Shown piece after piece: positions 62,671-63,247 of a stretch of 63,247 bases of DNA. The stretch is from Candidatus Cloacimonadota bacterium. Lineage in GTDB: Bacteria; Cloacimonadota; Cloacimonadia; Cloacimonadales; WRIO01. Both the position numbers and the translations under genes were made by a program. The stretch spans positions 1-63,247 of the forward strand of contig JAQVPR010000001.1 in NCBI GenBank assembly GCA_028702025.1, given 5' to 3'. A model generated the notes under the pieces. The model saw nothing but the letters and a program-made list of their open reading frames with translations, searched no databases and was not told the origin of the DNA. Every line of letters begins with the position of its first letter. Position 1 is the stretch's first letter.

Positions 62671-63247
62671 TTTTGTGTTCTCACATTATCTTGATAAAAT
62701 TGTATAATTTTTCTTGCTATAGGACCGGCGTTACTACCTCCGTGTCCGATATTTTCAATAAATACCAGAAAAGCAATTTCAGGCACATTATCCCATTTAG
62801 CATATCCAACAAAATAGGCATGAGTTAGGTCATTGAAAGAGTTTTCGGCAGAGCCTGTTTTAGCATAAACTTCAGCACCTTTGACGTTGGCGTAATGTCC
62901 TGTTCCATCATGTCTATAAACAGTATCGTAAAGGCTTTTTTGTATGATTTTAAGGTTTTTCTCAGATATTGGGAGTTGTTTAGTATTTTTTTTAAGAATA
63001 TCCTCGTAATATATGCTTGATTCATTAAAAACACGTTCAAGTAGGTGAGGAGATTGCCAAATTCCGTCATTAGCAATGGCTGCATAGTAGTTACATACAG
63101 CAAGAGGGGTTGTGAGGGCTTCTCCTTGTCCGATGACAAGGTTAGCTTTTAATCCTACAGATGAAAAGTATCTGCCGTAGTGTTTGGTGTACCAGTCAGT
63201 ATTAGGGAAAAAGCCTGTTCTTTCGAAGGGAAGGTCAATGCCTGTTT
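62667..63247 (-). CDS. mrdA: Penicillin-binding protein 2 (transpeptidase), C-terminal fragment running off the window
   Basis: My own minus-strand translation gives ...RHDGTGHYANVKGAEVYAKTGSAENSFNDLTHAYFVGYAKWDNVPEIAFLVFIENIGHGGSNAGPIARKIIQFYQDNVRTQK*. The KTGS box is present. It is not in the ORF track because it has no start within the window. Confidence 0.8.
   Translation of the reverse strand, partial: TGIDLPFERTGFFPNTDWYTKHYGRYFSSVGLKANLVIGQGEALTTPLAVCNYYAAIANDGIWQSPHLLERVFNESSIYYEDILKKNTKQLPISEKNLKIIQKSLYDTVYRHDGTGHYANVKGAEVYAKTGSAENSFNDLTHAYFVGYAKWDNVPEIAFLVFIENIGHGGSNAGPIARKIIQFYQDNVRTQK

Noticed and set aside
62825-63139. 104-aa minus-strand ORF in the track
   Set aside because: It is in the wrong frame. 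The neighbouring frame encodes a continuous PBP2 transpeptidase C-terminus (…VYAKTGSAE…) ending at 62667 and coupled to rodA.
1-63247. Prophage, genomic island, defence system or mobile element genes
   Set aside because: I recognised no integrase, transposase, recombinase, restriction-modification, toxin-antitoxin, Cas or phage structural genes. The tRNA genes are not flanked by direct repeats or by integrase genes.

Overview
This is a strongly AT-rich bacterial chromosomal segment that is densely coding. Shine-Dalgarno sites of the GGAGG type and TTGACA-17-TATAAT promoters are visible. I saw no rRNA, CRISPR array, transposase, integrase or prophage genes. About 29 kb (7.5-36 kb) is an almost unbroken minus-strand run. 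It holds a housekeeping block (rplS-SPOUT-trmD-rimM-KH-rpsP-ffh-rpe ... rplI-DUF2232-rpsR-ssb-rpsF-pth-ctc-prs-spoVG-ispE) and then an envelope block: a Wzc-like tyrosine kinase, a mini Wza, a lipoprotein, a PorV/PorQ-like barrel and a 1666-aa C25 PorU/gingipain-like protein, followed by purD and cinA. The plus-strand half carries a TolC/MFP/RND efflux operon, tpiA-serS-selA, lipoprotein genes and two large secreted proteins with T9SS-type C-terminal sorting domains. The window ends with rodA and a partial mrdA. The T9SS-type domains, selA and low GC fit an FCB-group organism such as Cloacimonadota, but that assignment is only a guess. The most unusual feature is a dense family of intergenic elements built on a GTGCGAGCA-N4-TGCTTGCAC hairpin, present at 9 loci including a 3x tandem array. 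One long copy ends in a 20-bp GC-rich terminator hairpin that recurs 18 kb away. Other points of interest are a tRNA-Leu with an apparent AAG anticodon downstream of secG, a methyltransferase interrupted by an in-frame TAA, a free-standing Hint-like ORF, and the PorU/PorV-like pair sitting next to Wza/Wzc.
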